Below are positions 63,307 through 64,000 of a stretch of 64,000 bases of DNA, one piece after another. Below the pieces are notes generated by a model that was not told the origin of the DNA, did no database searches, and saw only the letters and a list, made by a program, of their open reading frames with translations. The stretch is from an uncultured Trueperaceae bacterium. GTDB taxonomy: Bacteria > Deinococcota > Deinococci > Deinococcales > Trueperaceae. The stretch is from the NCBI GenBank assembly GCA_963727505.1, contig CAVSGP010000004.1:192001-256000 (forward strand). Direction: 5' to 3'. The translations under genes and the position numbers were made by a program. Numbering within the stretch: the stretch's first letter is position 1; every line of letters begins with the position of its first letter.

Positions 63307-63924
63307 ATGCCGCTCGTCCCTTACGTGATCGAACAGACCGGCCGCGGTGAGCGGACCTACGACGTCTACAGCCGTCTGCTCAAGGAGCGGATCATCTTCC
63401 TCGGGGCCGCCATCGACTCCGAGACCGCCAATGTGATCACGGCGCAGCTCCTGCTGCTCGATTCGCAGTCGAGCGAGCAGCCGATCAACATGTTCATCAA
63501 CACCCCGGGCGGTGAGGTCTACGCCGGGCTGGCGATCTACGACGTCATGCAGTACATCTCGGCGCCGGTCCACACCAACTGCGTGGGGATCGCGATGTCG
63601 ATGGGGTCGGTCATCCTGATGGCGGGTGAGCGGGGCCACCGGGTGGCGTTGCCGCACAGCCGCATCATGATCCACGCTGGCTCGGCGGGGTTCCCGCGCT
63701 CGAGCCTGCCCGACCTCGAGGTGCAGGCGCGCGAGTTCATGGAGATCCGCGACACGCTCGAGTCCATCTACCAGCAGCACACCGGTCACCCCCGCGAGAA
63801 GCTCCGGCAGGACATGGAACGCGACAAGTTCATGGCGCCCGAGGACGCCGTGACCTACGGGCTGATCGACCGGGTCGTGGAACCGCGGCACCTCGGTCGG
63901 TTCGGGACCGACCAGGCGGGCTGA
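63307..63924 (+). CDS. clpP: ATP-dependent Clp protease proteolytic subunit
   Basis: ERTYDVYSRLLKERIIF, INTPGG, SMG, IMIH, RDKFM. Confidence 0.97.
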   Translation: MPLVPYVIEQTGRGERTYDVYSRLLKERIIFLGAAIDSETANVITAQLLLLDSQSSEQPINMFINTPGGEVYAGLAIYDVMQYISAPVHTNCVGIAMSMGSVILMAGERGHRVALPHSRIMIHAGSAGFPRSSLPDLEVQAREFMEIRDTLESIYQQHTGHPREKLRQDMERDKFMAPEDAVTYGLIDRVVEPRHLGRFGTDQAG

Positions 63925-63926
63925 GC

Positions 63927-64000
63927 GTGGCGCAGGCCCGGTGCAGTTTCTGTGGCCGAACCCAGGCCGAGGTCCGCGAGCTGGTCTCGGCCGCCAACGG
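63927..64000 (+). CDS. clpX: ClpX N-terminal zinc-binding region (partial)
   Basis: GTG start 2 nt after clpP stop; reads MAQARCSFCGRTQAEVRELVS. Confidence 0.85.
   Translation, partial: MAQARCSFCGRTQAEVRELVSAAN

Overview
High-GC bacterial chromosomal window, most consistent with Deinococcota (Trueperaceae/Deinococcales-like). That assignment is inferred from protein style, many leaderless genes and a degenerate trigger-factor PPIase domain. Core genes: pnp (partial), rnj, monomeric icd, hutU-hutI-ureohydrolase, prfA, moeA, mpg, miaB, tig-clpP-clpX (partial) and 7 tRNAs. Three accessory-looking blocks follow tRNA genes: (i) after tRNA-Pro(GGG), SPW-TetR-patatin, a TauE-like exporter, an Xre-RES toxin-antitoxin pair, hydrolases and an ABC-2 exporter; (ii) after tRNA-Arg(CCT), a group 3b [NiFe]-hydrogenase operon; (iii) after tRNA-Arg(TCT), a phosphoesterase and a receiver-TrxB fusion with two cNMP-binding histidine kinases. 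Best candidates for new biology: an FTR1 iron-permease cluster that has no oxidase partner but contains an orphan hydantoinase-A-like ATPase and two helical exported proteins, preceded by a duplicated palindromic operator; a CxxC-less receiver-flavoprotein with twin kinases; and a probable AUU start codon for miaB. No integrase, transposase, CRISPR array or rRNA was recognised. All family calls come from motif recognition by eye, not database searches.
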